A DNA stretch of 64,000 nt from a virus: IMG/VR virus record IMGVR_UViG_3300032236_001530, positions 91,229 through 155,228 of that record; one strand, given 5' to 3'. The notes under the pieces are model-generated. The model made no database searches and was not told the DNA's origin. It saw nothing but the letters and a program-made list of their open reading frames with translations. How positions within the stretch are numbered: position 1 is the first letter of the stretch; the number at the start of each line of letters is the position of its first letter. This document shows positions 30,830 to 39,540 of the stretch, in pieces. Made by a program: the position numbers and the translations under genes.

Positions 30830-30965
30830 GTAATTCTTTTGGCTTTTCTCGACTTCTATATTTTTTTTCATTTCTCTGGTGTTTTATTGAGCAATACTTC
30901 TTTAACTTATCGAAATCGCAGTTTATGACAATCTCTTTATTACAATTTCTGTAATTACACTTCAT
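30816..30965 (-). CDS. Small Cys-rich basic protein, 49 aa; not in ORF track
   Basis: MKCNYRNCNKEIVINCDFDKLKKYCSIKHQRNEKKYRSREKPKELLKDF*; overlaps the end of the HNH gene. Confidence 0.5.
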   Translation of the reverse strand: MKCNYRNCNKEIVINCDFDKLKKYCSIKHQRNEKKYRSREKPKELLKDF

Positions 30966-31617
30966 AGTTTTGTTTATCTCTTTTTATATCTCTATTTACC
31001 TTACTACAAAGAGGTTGTAGATTTGTATAATGATTTAATCTTATTAAATCTTCTTCTGTAGTAGCCGTTGATAATGGAACTATATGATCGATATCCCAAC
31101 CATAGTCGAATTCACCATTATATAGACCCTTGTTATCTCAATTCATCCAAGGTTCGAATTTGGACTCTATGTGTAATTTAAAATCATCAAATGAGCATCC
31201 TAAAATATCAACAGTTTTTTTAGATTTTTTAAATCCATTTGTTTTAAATAGTGTGTGTATATTCTTTCTTATTCTCTCGGTGAGAAAATATAATATATCT
31301 GTTTTACTTCTTTTTTTCTTATACTCTCTTTTATAATTTCGATATCTAATTTTTACAGATTCTTTTGAGTTATACTCTTTAATTTTATCTTTATTTATCT
31401 CATGGTATAAATTACTTATATCATTTAATCTGTCTTTATTTTCCTTATAAAAATTAGACCTTCTAATTTTAATTTTTAATTTATTTTCTAAATTATACTT
31501 TTTATTAAATTCGCTAACACATTCCTTACATGTGTAATCCAGACCATCTTTAGATTTTTTTCGATTATTAAAATTGGATATATCTTTTTCCAATCCACAT
31601 TTTTTACACTTTTTCAT
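30955..31617 (-). pseudogene. HNH homing endonuclease interrupted by an in-frame TGA at 31138-31140
   Basis: CKKC..CKEC N-terminus, ILGCS..HIESKF.PWMN*DN..WDIDHIVPLS..LNHYTNLQPLC continues in frame to TAA at 30955. Confidence 0.85.
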
Positions 31618-31651
31618 ATTATATATATATTAAAAAGTGTCCTCCACCTTT

Positions 31652-32125
31652 TTAGATGAATTTATTTTTTAACTTTCTATACTTTTTATTCTTTAATGTT
31701 AAATATTCATCAAAGTCTAAGTTTCCGCGTTCATTATTACAATCTTTACAACAAACAACTAAGTTCACTTGTGTATTATTACCACCTTTTGAAATTGGAA
31801 TTATGTGGTCAGCCGTAGCGTTTTCTTTATCTAACTCTATATCACAATAGATACAATTAGCACCTATATTATCATCTAAGAAATCTTTAGCAAAGCCACT
31901 AGTTCTTCTTTTAACGTTTTTACCATTGTATTTAAGTCCTATAACAACAAAATCTTCCATAACCTTATACTTCTTACGGAATATTTCACAAGACTTGTAA
32001 TTTTTATTTAACCCAACCACTAATTTGATTAAAAATCCCCATCTAAAATAAGTTTCTTTATCAACTGATAAGAAGTGTGGGTGTTCGGCTTTGTATATAA
32101 ATTTTAATATTTTAATCAATCTCAT
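31652..32125 (-). CDS. HNH endonuclease (McrA-like)
   Basis: CIYC..ATADHIIPISKGG..NLVVCCKDCNNERG. Confidence 0.85.
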   Translation of the reverse strand: MRLIKILKFIYKAEHPHFLSVDKETYFRWGFLIKLVVGLNKNYKSCEIFRKKYKVMEDFVVIGLKYNGKNVKRRTSGFAKDFLDDNIGANCIYCDIELDKENATADHIIPISKGGNNTQVNLVVCCKDCNNERGNLDFDEYLTLKNKKYRKLKNKFI

Positions 32126-32203
32126 AATTTCTTCACGATTTATATATTGAAAAATACCACTTTCCTAAAAAGATATATAAATTATAAAAAATAATTAATC
32201 ACT

Positions 32204-32590
32204 ATGAATTTACCTAAAATTGGAGACATTAAAAAGTGGTCATTTGGTGAAATGACTTCTAACCCTGATGGAAAATCATCAGTAACATCAACATCAGGAT
32301 TTATGATTGTAACTGTTGGTTGCTTATCTTTCTTACTTGGTGTTGTTGATAAAATGTTTATTGATAAATCAATGGATGTTATAAATCAAGCTGTTGCTTT
32401 TACAATGATTGGTGCTGCACTAATTGGTTATAAGAATCTTACAGGTAGTAAAGTAACTATGTCTAAACATCAAGCAGATGCTGCTATTGCTACTAGCAAT
32501 GCTAATACTGACTCGGATACTTCAGCTGATACAACTACGGATACTCCAGTAGATCCTAGCACTTCAACAGATCCTAATGCTACTAAATAA
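32204..32590 (+). CDS. Two-TM membrane protein (holin-like) with Asp/Thr-rich tail
   Basis: DGKSS followed by two hydrophobic helices; AGATATATA upstream. Confidence 0.5.
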   Translation: MNLPKIGDIKKWSFGEMTSNPDGKSSVTSTSGFMIVTVGCLSFLLGVVDKMFIDKSMDVINQAVAFTMIGAALIGYKNLTGSKVTMSKHQADAAIATSNANTDSDTSADTTTDTPVDPSTSTDPNATK

Positions 32591-32610
32591 TTATAATATT
32601 ATTTAAAATT

Positions 32611-32640
32611 AAAAAAACCACTCAAATTGAGTGGTTTTTT
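32611..32640. terminator. Bidirectional intrinsic terminator
   Basis: AAAAAAACCACTCAA-A-TTGAGTGGTTTTTT. Confidence 0.85.
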
Positions 32641-32641
32641 A

Positions 32642-33121
32642 TTATTTACCGAATTTCTTTAGTCTTGTATGTCTGTAACTTTTAGACTCAAACTTTTCTT
32701 CTTCCTCTTCACTATTCATCATCTCTTCTTCATTATCCATCTCGTTTTCTTCAACTTCATGATGACTGTGTGTATGTTCAGGTGTTGTTGATTTCTCTAA
32801 ATAGTTAACAACTTCTTCAGCTGTTTTAAATTTCTTATTATCAACGTGAAAGCTTTCAGTTTCTGAGAAGAAGTTAATAGTCTTACCATCGTGTTCAATC
32901 TTATTATCTATAACTTCAGTACCAAGCATTTCTGCTAACTCAGCCATTTTCTTTTGACCTTCGTATTCACCACCTTCTTCTTCAGGAAGTTCTGATTCTT
33001 CCATTTCAGTGTTATCCATTTCTGTTTCATGCATATCCATTTCTGGTGCTTCAACTTCATGTTCCATTTCGAAGTCCTCATTTACTTTACCTTTTACAAA
33101 GTCTGTATATCTTTTAATCAT
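32642..33121 (-). CDS. Acidic protein with CTS-like N-terminus (putative internal head protein)
   Basis: Starts MIKRYTDFVKGKVNED; Glu/Met-rich; late promoter 33156-33166. Confidence 0.7.
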   Translation of the reverse strand: MIKRYTDFVKGKVNEDFEMEHEVEAPEMDMHETEMDNTEMEESELPEEEGGEYEGQKKMAELAEMLGTEVIDNKIEHDGKTINFFSETESFHVDNKKFKTAEEVVNYLEKSTTPEHTHSHHEVEENEMDNEEEMMNSEEEEEKFESKSYRHTRLKKFGK

Positions 33122-33166
33122 AATAATAATATTATTTTTTGTATATTATAGATAGTATATATTAAA

Positions 33167-33670
33167 TTATAAATCTTTATTTTTTTCACTTTCTAATTCA
33201 CCTACAACATAATCTAAAAATGAATCTAATTCATATTCCAGGCCATTACAAAACTCAAACACATCATATGATTCTTCATTTGGTTTTTTAGACACTGAAT
33301 AAAAATCTGGTGATATTTGATTACTATTAAAAACAACTATTCTACCCTCTAATCTACCTTCAATTCTTTTACCACTTGGGAATACTAAGTCTGGTACATA
33401 CAAAGTGCCTATATAATGCACCTCATCACCATAATCTTCTGTTTCGGTGTGTTCAAATTTGAAATATCCATTATCATCTTCAAATACTCTCTCACTTTCA
33501 TCAACAATCATCTTATTATGAACTTCTTCTTGATTTCCTGACTTATGCGCATTTAGAAAATCTCTTTCATCATCTCGCAATGAAGACATTCCATATTTAG
33601 ATATTTTATCCAATATGTCATCTACTCTTTGTTGAGCTGTATATCCTTCATATCTCATTAGATGTTTCAT
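33167..33670 (-). CDS. Protein with CTS-like start and DUF6576-like helical hairpin
   Basis: MKHLMRYEGY; VDDILDKISKYGMSSLRDDERDFL. Confidence 0.65.
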   Translation of the reverse strand: MKHLMRYEGYTAQQRVDDILDKISKYGMSSLRDDERDFLNAHKSGNQEEVHNKMIVDESERVFEDDNGYFKFEHTETEDYGDEVHYIGTLYVPDLVFPSGKRIEGRLEGRIVVFNSNQISPDFYSVSKKPNEESYDVFEFCNGLEYELDSFLDYVVGELESEKNKDL

Positions 33671-33698
33671 AATAATCATTGATGTATATATTCAATAA

Positions 33699-34112
33699 TC
33701 AATCATCACTTTTTCTAACCTCAATTTTCCAAGCTCCTCCTGATTTTACAACTCTATTGTCATTATATTCTGTTAATTGTAAATATGGTGCTGTCGGTTT
33801 GTAATTATTTATAACTTTCTCTCTAATAGCTTGATATAATATGTCTATGCCAATTCCATCAGCTTGGTAAATACATATGTAATTATTATCTATATCTTCC
33901 CAGTCAAAATCAGAATATTCTGTGTTATTGATAACTGATTTTATTTTATTATCTCTATTATATTTTTGTACTTCTTTTATCCAACTATCCATAAAACAAT
34001 AAATGAACCCATCGGATCCATCTTTACTATGTTTAATTAAAATATCAAAGTCAACACCGTCGTAAAAACGAATGCTTACTCCTTTTTGTTCTACTTCCTC
34101 AATCAAGGTCAT
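33699..34112 (-). CDS. Hypothetical protein (internal RDNKIKSVI motif)
   Basis: Likely start MTLIEE overlapping the upstream ORF. Confidence 0.6.
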   Translation of the reverse strand: MTLIEEVEQKGVSIRFYDGVDFDILIKHSKDGSDGFIYCFMDSWIKEVQKYNRDNKIKSVINNTEYSDFDWEDIDNNYICIYQADGIGIDILYQAIREKVINNYKPTAPYLQLTEYNDNRVVKSGGAWKIEVRKSDD

Positions 34113-34329
34113 CAAATATATCATCAATTTTTTTGTCTCTTACTTCAGACTTATGCAATTCTATGACTTTTTTATGAAAAAGTTCATCATTTTCAAATCT
34201 GTACTTGAAGTCTTCAAATGAACTACTGCTCATTTTTAATAATGCAAGAGATCCTTTTGATATTTTACTCTCATTTAATCTATCATTTAAGTAGTCTATG
34301 TAATAAGGATATATTTCATCATTTTTCAT
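34099..34329 (-). CDS. Hypothetical protein, C-terminal RDKKIDDIF motif
   Basis: 76-aa ORF with AGATATATA upstream. Confidence 0.65.
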   Translation of the reverse strand: MKNDEIYPYYIDYLNDRLNESKISKGSLALLKMSSSSFEDFKYRFENDELFHKKVIELHKSEVRDKKIDDIFDDLD

Positions 34330-34361
34330 AATTTATATATCTACTTTTAATATATACCATT

Positions 34362-35141
34362 ATGATTAAAAAATACTCAAGTTATATTAATGAATCTGAT
34401 GACCAAAGAGTTTATTTAGATGACAACCAAAAAGGCCCAGGCTTTTATACCAATAAATATGGTCCTAATTCTATTGCTAATTTGAATCAGAAGATTTATA
34501 ACTATATTCATCAAGTATATGGTCCTTTAGGATTTTCTTATCCTCGTAAAGGTACTGTAGCTAATTATGATGTAACTGTAAATGGTGAGTTAATAAGTGG
34601 TGAGTATATATCTAAAATGGTTAATAACTACACTATATTCAAAACATTTATTAGAGAGAATAAAATCAAAGATGAAAATACATTTTATACCCTTTTAGAA
34701 TCTAAATTTGATGATGTTTATCACTATAATGGTAGTTTCTTCAAAAGACAGACTTTACCTATTTTAATAAACACAACTAGAAAAGGAAATAGTAACGAAA
34801 TTAGATGTAAACAGAAATTTATTGAATTTGCTAATACAAAAAATCTAAATATAGTTATAACAGATCCTACGGTTGCTGAAGATGTTGATGGTGTAGATGC
34901 TAAGTTTGTACACAATGGTAGAACATTCACTATTCAAATCAAACCATTTAGTGAGTACAAAACTATAGGTGATAAATTATACGCTAAGTCAGCTGGTTCT
35001 TTATCAGTTGGTTCTGTTAATTATTTAATGCTTTATTCAGCTACTGAATATTTAATAATTAAAAATGTATCTACAGACCCAATAAAAATAAAAGGTGATG
35101 TTTTCATCGCCTCTTTATCAAGTGTTATTTATAAAGATTAA
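34362..35141 (+). CDS. PD-(D/E)XK nuclease-like protein with CTS-like N-terminus
   Basis: GNSNE...EDVDGVDAKF...TIQIKP; starts MIKKYSSYINES. Confidence 0.6.
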   Translation: MIKKYSSYINESDDQRVYLDDNQKGPGFYTNKYGPNSIANLNQKIYNYIHQVYGPLGFSYPRKGTVANYDVTVNGELISGEYISKMVNNYTIFKTFIRENKIKDENTFYTLLESKFDDVYHYNGSFFKRQTLPILINTTRKGNSNEIRCKQKFIEFANTKNLNIVITDPTVAEDVDGVDAKFVHNGRTFTIQIKPFSEYKTIGDKLYAKSAGSLSVGSVNYLMLYSATEYLIIKNVSTDPIKIKGDVFIASLSSVIYKD

Positions 35142-36574
35142 AAACCACCTTTCCCACCCATACCTGAGAAAATATCCATCACAACACTCAAACGTTTCGT
35201 GATTTCTGGCATTCCCAATGGTTCAATAATTGAGTTAATAGGTGATAAGATTGATTTATCAAACTGCTCGTCATAATCTATAAGTGGTGCGAACTCCATA
35301 GGATAAGAACCCCTGATATAAGCAAACATATCTGTTACTGATTTATCTTTGCAGCAGTAGTATTTAATTTTAGTACCTGATTTAATGAATTCATACTTTT
35401 GTTGATAATCTTTACTCTTCATTAATAAGTAATTATAGTGAGCCGCTGATTTAACAGCAAAGTGAGCACCGCTAACAAATTGTAAAGGTAAAGATTTATC
35501 ATGCAAGACTTTAGTTTCGTAGTTAGAAACAGAAGACTGCATACAAATATCATCAATATCCGCTAATTCAAACTCTTTTCTTAATCCTTTAACCAACTTT
35601 AACAAGTCTTTAATGTTGAATGTATCTGGATGAGAGAATAGATATTTTACAATACTTACAATTTTATCACGAGCAAATGCTGGTGTTGATGAACGAACTA
35701 GTTCTACACCTTTAGGGAATATATAACCAAGTCTTTCAAATGGAATACCATCTTCAAATAAGATATGTTGAATGTATTTCTTTTTAGCAATTGATATAAT
35801 TGATTCTGATATTCTTTCTAATTCAAAATCTTCTTTATTATCAACTCCAAAAGAAGCAGCATAATCTTCAAGACATTTCTTAAAGTAACCACCGTATCTA
35901 AAATGGTCAAGACCATGAATAAAGTCAAGTTCACAAGACCAATTCCATCTTATCTCTCCAGTGAATGCACCGGAAGAAATCATTTTATTTAATTCTCTAT
36001 CTTTAACAAAGTATCCATCTATTAGAACCACTTCATAATCTAATTTAATCAATTCTTTTAACTCATCAATATTATGAGCTTGACTAACAAAATTAGTATT
36101 ATTGACTTTTATTTCTTCTTTGGAAAGAATAATAAATTTCTTGTCAAATGATTCTAAATAATATTTATTAAAAATAAGATTTTTCCAATCACAATGGTCA
36201 ATAGCTGGTTTAAAAGAAACAAATAACGAGTCAGTATCAGCATAGATACTAACATGTTCTTCTTTTGGTATAGGTGTTACGTTTTTAATTCCTACATTAG
36301 AATGTAGTTCAAAGTCATCTTGCCATTGTTTATACCAATAGTCTTCGTTAACTTTATCCATTGTTTTGGTAAGGTCACGACCTTGAGCCGTAATTGTACC
36401 AGCAACGTGATTATTATATAATATGAAATATGAGGTAGCGAATGCACCATAAGAACCATTAAGTACTAATTTTAACGCAAGTTGTAGTGCGTTATAATAA
36501 TCAACTTCCTTTTTAATATCAGAAGCTTTCTTTTTAAGTAATTCAATCTTTTTTAATTTCTCCTCTTTTGTCAT
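35138..36574 (-). CDS. Family-B DNA polymerase, C-terminal half only (split gp43B-like)
   Basis: QLALKLVLNGSYG (motif B), IT..GR, YADTDS (motif C), KKKY, KGVELVRSSTP; no exonuclease domain or motif A. Confidence 0.9.
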   Translation of the reverse strand: MTKEEKLKKIELLKKKASDIKKEVDYYNALQLALKLVLNGSYGAFATSYFILYNNHVAGTITAQGRDLTKTMDKVNEDYWYKQWQDDFELHSNVGIKNVTPIPKEEHVSIYADTDSLFVSFKPAIDHCDWKNLIFNKYYLESFDKKFIILSKEEIKVNNTNFVSQAHNIDELKELIKLDYEVVLIDGYFVKDRELNKMISSGAFTGEIRWNWSCELDFIHGLDHFRYGGYFKKCLEDYAASFGVDNKEDFELERISESIISIAKKKYIQHILFEDGIPFERLGYIFPKGVELVRSSTPAFARDKIVSIVKYLFSHPDTFNIKDLLKLVKGLRKEFELADIDDICMQSSVSNYETKVLHDKSLPLQFVSGAHFAVKSAAHYNYLLMKSKDYQQKYEFIKSGTKIKYYCCKDKSVTDMFAYIRGSYPMEFAPLIDYDEQFDKSILSPINSIIEPLGMPEITKRLSVVMDIFSGMGGKGGF

Positions 36575-36615
36575 AGTAGAGATTATATTAAAAAAAATTA
36601 ATAAAGTTTGTAGGA

Positions 36616-37146
36616 TTATTTCTTAGAAAAAGGCTTCAACATCATGAGCCATCTACCATTTTCTAACTTTGGAAGTGATTCTGGAACACCACAAGCATCA
36701 ACACCTGCGGCATATTTTAACATAACTAACTCGCCTCTTTCGGGTGAGGCTTTCTGTCTACCTTTAAGTTGTAAAACACATTTGATTTTATCACCATGTT
36801 GTAAAAACTCAATACCTTTTTTAATTTTAGTATTTAAGTCATTATCTGATATTTCAGATGAAAGTTGAATTTCTTTAGTAACTGATTTAACAGAGTTCTT
36901 TTTCTTTTCTTTCTCTGATTTTTCTAAATGGTAAAGAAATTTTTTGTAATCTTCTATTTTTACAATAGGTGGGTTTTGATTCTCGTTAATGAGAATTAAA
37001 TCTAACCCTTGTGATTCTGCTAATTTAGATGCTTCATATGAAGTCATTATTTTTGGTTCATCGTAGAACCCGATTAGCCTTACTTGTGGAAAACGGACAT
37101 CACCGTTAATCTTGTGTCTTGTTGTTTTGTTTCTGTTAATTTTCAT
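36616..37146 (-). CDS. infC: Translation initiation factor IF-3
   Basis: INGDVRFPQVRLI, LDLILI..PPIVKI.DY.KF.Y, KEIQL...I.DNDL.TK, FL..GDKIK..L.LKGRQ. Confidence 0.92.
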   Translation of the reverse strand: MKINRNKTTRHKINGDVRFPQVRLIGFYDEPKIMTSYEASKLAESQGLDLILINENQNPPIVKIEDYKKFLYHLEKSEKEKKKNSVKSVTKEIQLSSEISDNDLNTKIKKGIEFLQHGDKIKCVLQLKGRQKASPERGELVMLKYAAGVDACGVPESLPKLENGRWLMMLKPFSKK

Positions 37147-37186
37147 GTATAAAAAACATGAGTTTTATAATAATAATTAAAAAAGT

Positions 37187-37585
37187 TTATTTAATTTGAT
37201 TTAAAACAGGAACAAATGGCACAACTATTGGTTTTAAAGTATCTTTTGTAGAGGAATCTTTAATTTTTACCGGATGTTGTGTATGTAATAAAGAAGAATC
37301 AAATCTATGAAAGTTATCTTTTTTGATAAGAATTTTAGATGTTGTGTCTGGTTGATTAATATCTTTAATAACCTTGTTCAAAGAGTCTATAATAGAATTT
37401 CTTCTGATAGCGATTTCTTGTGTATTTGATAAATCCTGTCTGATGGTTGTTATCATTTCATGATTATAAGAAATATCATTATATAAATTAGTTATCCAAA
37501 CCGATAAACCTATACATAAAAAAAATAACCAAGAAACTGCACTTCTGTTTCTTTTAAGAGCTTTTCTGTCGTTTCTGCCTAACAT
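37187..37585 (-). CDS. Single-pass membrane protein with periplasmic coiled segment
   Basis: Basic N-terminus, one TM helix, D-S/T-x motifs (DSL, DTT, DTL). Confidence 0.6.
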   Translation of the reverse strand: MLGRNDRKALKRNRSAVSWLFFLCIGLSVWITNLYNDISYNHEMITTIRQDLSNTQEIAIRRNSIIDSLNKVIKDINQPDTTSKILIKKDNFHRFDSSLLHTQHPVKIKDSSTKDTLKPIVVPFVPVLNQIK

Positions 37586-37947
37586 AGTATATTATTAATT
37601 ATTGTTTCTCTATTTTCTAATTTCAAGAAGTTAATAAAATCTTCTAACCACATTTGTTTACCTTCAATTCCACTATCCATTCTAAATCTAAAGTCAGAAG
37701 ACTTGAATAGTTCAAATTTAGATCTTAAGTATTTACCAATATGGTTTGAATATTTAAATGGATCATCTGGATTATCAGAATAGATAAAATCAATCTCATT
37801 AAATCTTTCATCAAATAACATTTGAAATGATGAATGATCAGTTTCCACTAAACATCTTCTTACCTCACGAACTTCTTGGCCACCACCATCATTATAAAAA
37901 ATAGTAGTATTACCTTCCGATATGTGAAATTTGTGTTTATAATCCAT
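37579..37947 (-). CDS. Hypothetical protein, C-terminal RETIINNIL motif
   Basis: TATATTTG box 4 nt upstream of the ATG. Confidence 0.65.
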   Translation of the reverse strand: MDYKHKFHISEGNTTIFYNDGGGQEVREVRRCLVETDHSSFQMLFDERFNEIDFIYSDNPDDPFKYSNHIGKYLRSKFELFKSSDFRFRMDSGIEGKQMWLEDFINFLKLENRETIINNILC

Positions 37948-37967
37948 TTTACAAATATAAGGAAAAA

Positions 37968-37994
37968 TTAATCATCTGAAAAATCTTGCTCAAA
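37968..37994 (-). repeat. Duplicate of the clamp gene 3' end (encodes FEQDFSDD*)
   Basis: Shares AAAATCTTGCTCAAA with 38122-38136; the clamp ends SFEQDFSDQD*. Confidence 0.8.
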
Positions 37995-38017
37995 AATGAT
38001 TTTTTATTATTTAATGT

Positions 38018-38110
38018 GAGGAAGATGTTTATAAACTAAATCATTATACTAACTTTCAACCTCTTTTTTGGAAAGAAAACATTTCAAAAGGCAATAGATG
38101 GAAGGATTAA
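38018..38110 (+). pseudogene. C-terminal remnant of an HNH homing endonuclease
   Basis: EEDVYKLNHYTNFQPLFWKENISKGNRWKD*, homologous to EEDLIRLNHYTNLQPLC of 30955..31617; no start codon. Confidence 0.8.
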
Positions 38111-38889
38111 TCTTGATCACTAAAATCTTGCTCAAACGAGAGCATGAGATTTGAATTATCATCTCTAACTAACATAAATGTTTCAAAAATACTAAATTCA
38201 ATATTATCCATTTCATTTATACAACTCAAGAACTTTTTATTTAGCATTAAACTAGCATTTCTATCATCATCAATAGACTCGATTTCTAACTCCCAAGCGG
38301 CTCTTTCTGATAAAGTAACTTTACCTTCCAAAATACCAATATTGATAATTCTTTCTGAGTTAATACTTGATAGCTTCTTAACATCAGAGAATTCTGATTT
38401 GTTGATATTAAAGTACCATTTTCTATTTTTAAGATTTAATCTTTGAGCTAAAGCACCTTTATTAATATCTCTCATTTCATAATGCTCACCTGCAATCCAA
38501 TTGACTTTTAACTTACCACCAACAATTTGCAAAGAACGACCATTCATAATAGTGTCATCATCTGGTGATTCTTTATATGATATCTCTAAAGTTATCTTTT
38601 CTGAGTCTTTAACAAAGTTAAGATTCTTAACAAACTTTTTAGCATTAGCAATAATTACATCCATTGAGTAGTCCAAATCGTCAGCATATTCTAAATACTC
38701 TCTTGTGTTTACCAAGTAATTCTTAAAAGCTAACATGGTTTGACCACTACTTAACATAGAATACATTAAAATATTATCATTATCAATTTTTAATTTGATA
38801 GTGTCTTCGATTTTGGTCAAATCATCTAATTTAGAGATAAAGTCTGAGAACTTATCACTATTGATTTTGAATTTTACTTTATTTGCCAT
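38107..38889 (-). CDS. Putative sliding clamp (gp45/PCNA-like)
   Basis: 260 aa with two repeated beta-alpha-beta-beta-beta units; shares promoter class with the polymerase. Confidence 0.6.
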   Translation of the reverse strand: MANKVKFKINSDKFSDFISKLDDLTKIEDTIKLKIDNDNILMYSMLSSGQTMLAFKNYLVNTREYLEYADDLDYSMDVIIANAKKFVKNLNFVKDSEKITLEISYKESPDDDTIMNGRSLQIVGGKLKVNWIAGEHYEMRDINKGALAQRLNLKNRKWYFNINKSEFSDVKKLSSINSERIINIGILEGKVTLSERAAWELEIESIDDDRNASLMLNKKFLSCINEMDNIEFSIFETFMLVRDDNSNLMLSFEQDFSDQD

Positions 38890-38962
38890 AGTTAAGGTAT
38901 AATTTACTACATGATATATTCAAAAATATCAATTTTGTTTATTTAGTTTTAATATATAAGGT

Positions 38963-39526
38963 ATGATTAAAAAATGGAATGAGTTTATTAGAGAATTTGT
39001 AGAAAGTGAAAGTTATATTGATGCTAAAATGCAAGAGTTGAAAGACCTTGTTGACGGCGCAACTGATGGTAATAACATAATCTACGAATGGGAAAATAAA
39101 AATGACCACGAATTAACGGTTACTTTTTCAATGGGTGAATTATCTATCAGATATGACTTTGACATTGATGATTTACATGTAACTAAAACAGCTGGTGGTA
39201 AAATAGACTTTCAGAATAATGTTGAGTCTATTGATGAAGGCTTGGAAATCATAGAAAAGGATATTCAATCTATTTTAGGTATATCAGAATCAAGAAAGGG
39301 TAGACCAAAAGCTCAAAGATATAAGGGTCGCAAAATACCTGGAAAATATCTAACTAAGAATCCTGGTAAAATGAAAAAAGAAATTGACACATTCAGAGGT
39401 AAGAAAGAATATAAAAAAGACTGGGATGCCGACTACACATCTGGTAAAGGTGGAGAAGGCAAAAGAGTTAAAACTAAAAAATCTGCTGCTACAAAAGCAT
39501 ACCAAAGAATGTTTGGTGATAAATAA
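38963..39526 (+). CDS. Protein with CTS-like start, acidic domain and basic DUF5824-like C-terminus
   Basis: MIKKWNEFIREFVES; KTKKSAATKAYQRMFG. Confidence 0.65.
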   Translation: MIKKWNEFIREFVESESYIDAKMQELKDLVDGATDGNNIIYEWENKNDHELTVTFSMGELSIRYDFDIDDLHVTKTAGGKIDFQNNVESIDEGLEIIEKDIQSILGISESRKGRPKAQRYKGRKIPGKYLTKNPGKMKKEIDTFRGKKEYKKDWDADYTSGKGGEGKRVKTKKSAATKAYQRMFGDK

Positions 39527-39540
39527 AAAATAAAAATAAT

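Noticed and set aside
31138-31140. Genome-wide TGA or TAG reassignment
   Set aside because: Long genes translate intact in the standard code and TGA/TAG end several coupled genes; only this one internal stop was seen
35940-36195. Intein in the polymerase insertion
   Set aside because: No C-terminal His-Asn followed by Cys/Ser/Thr, and too short
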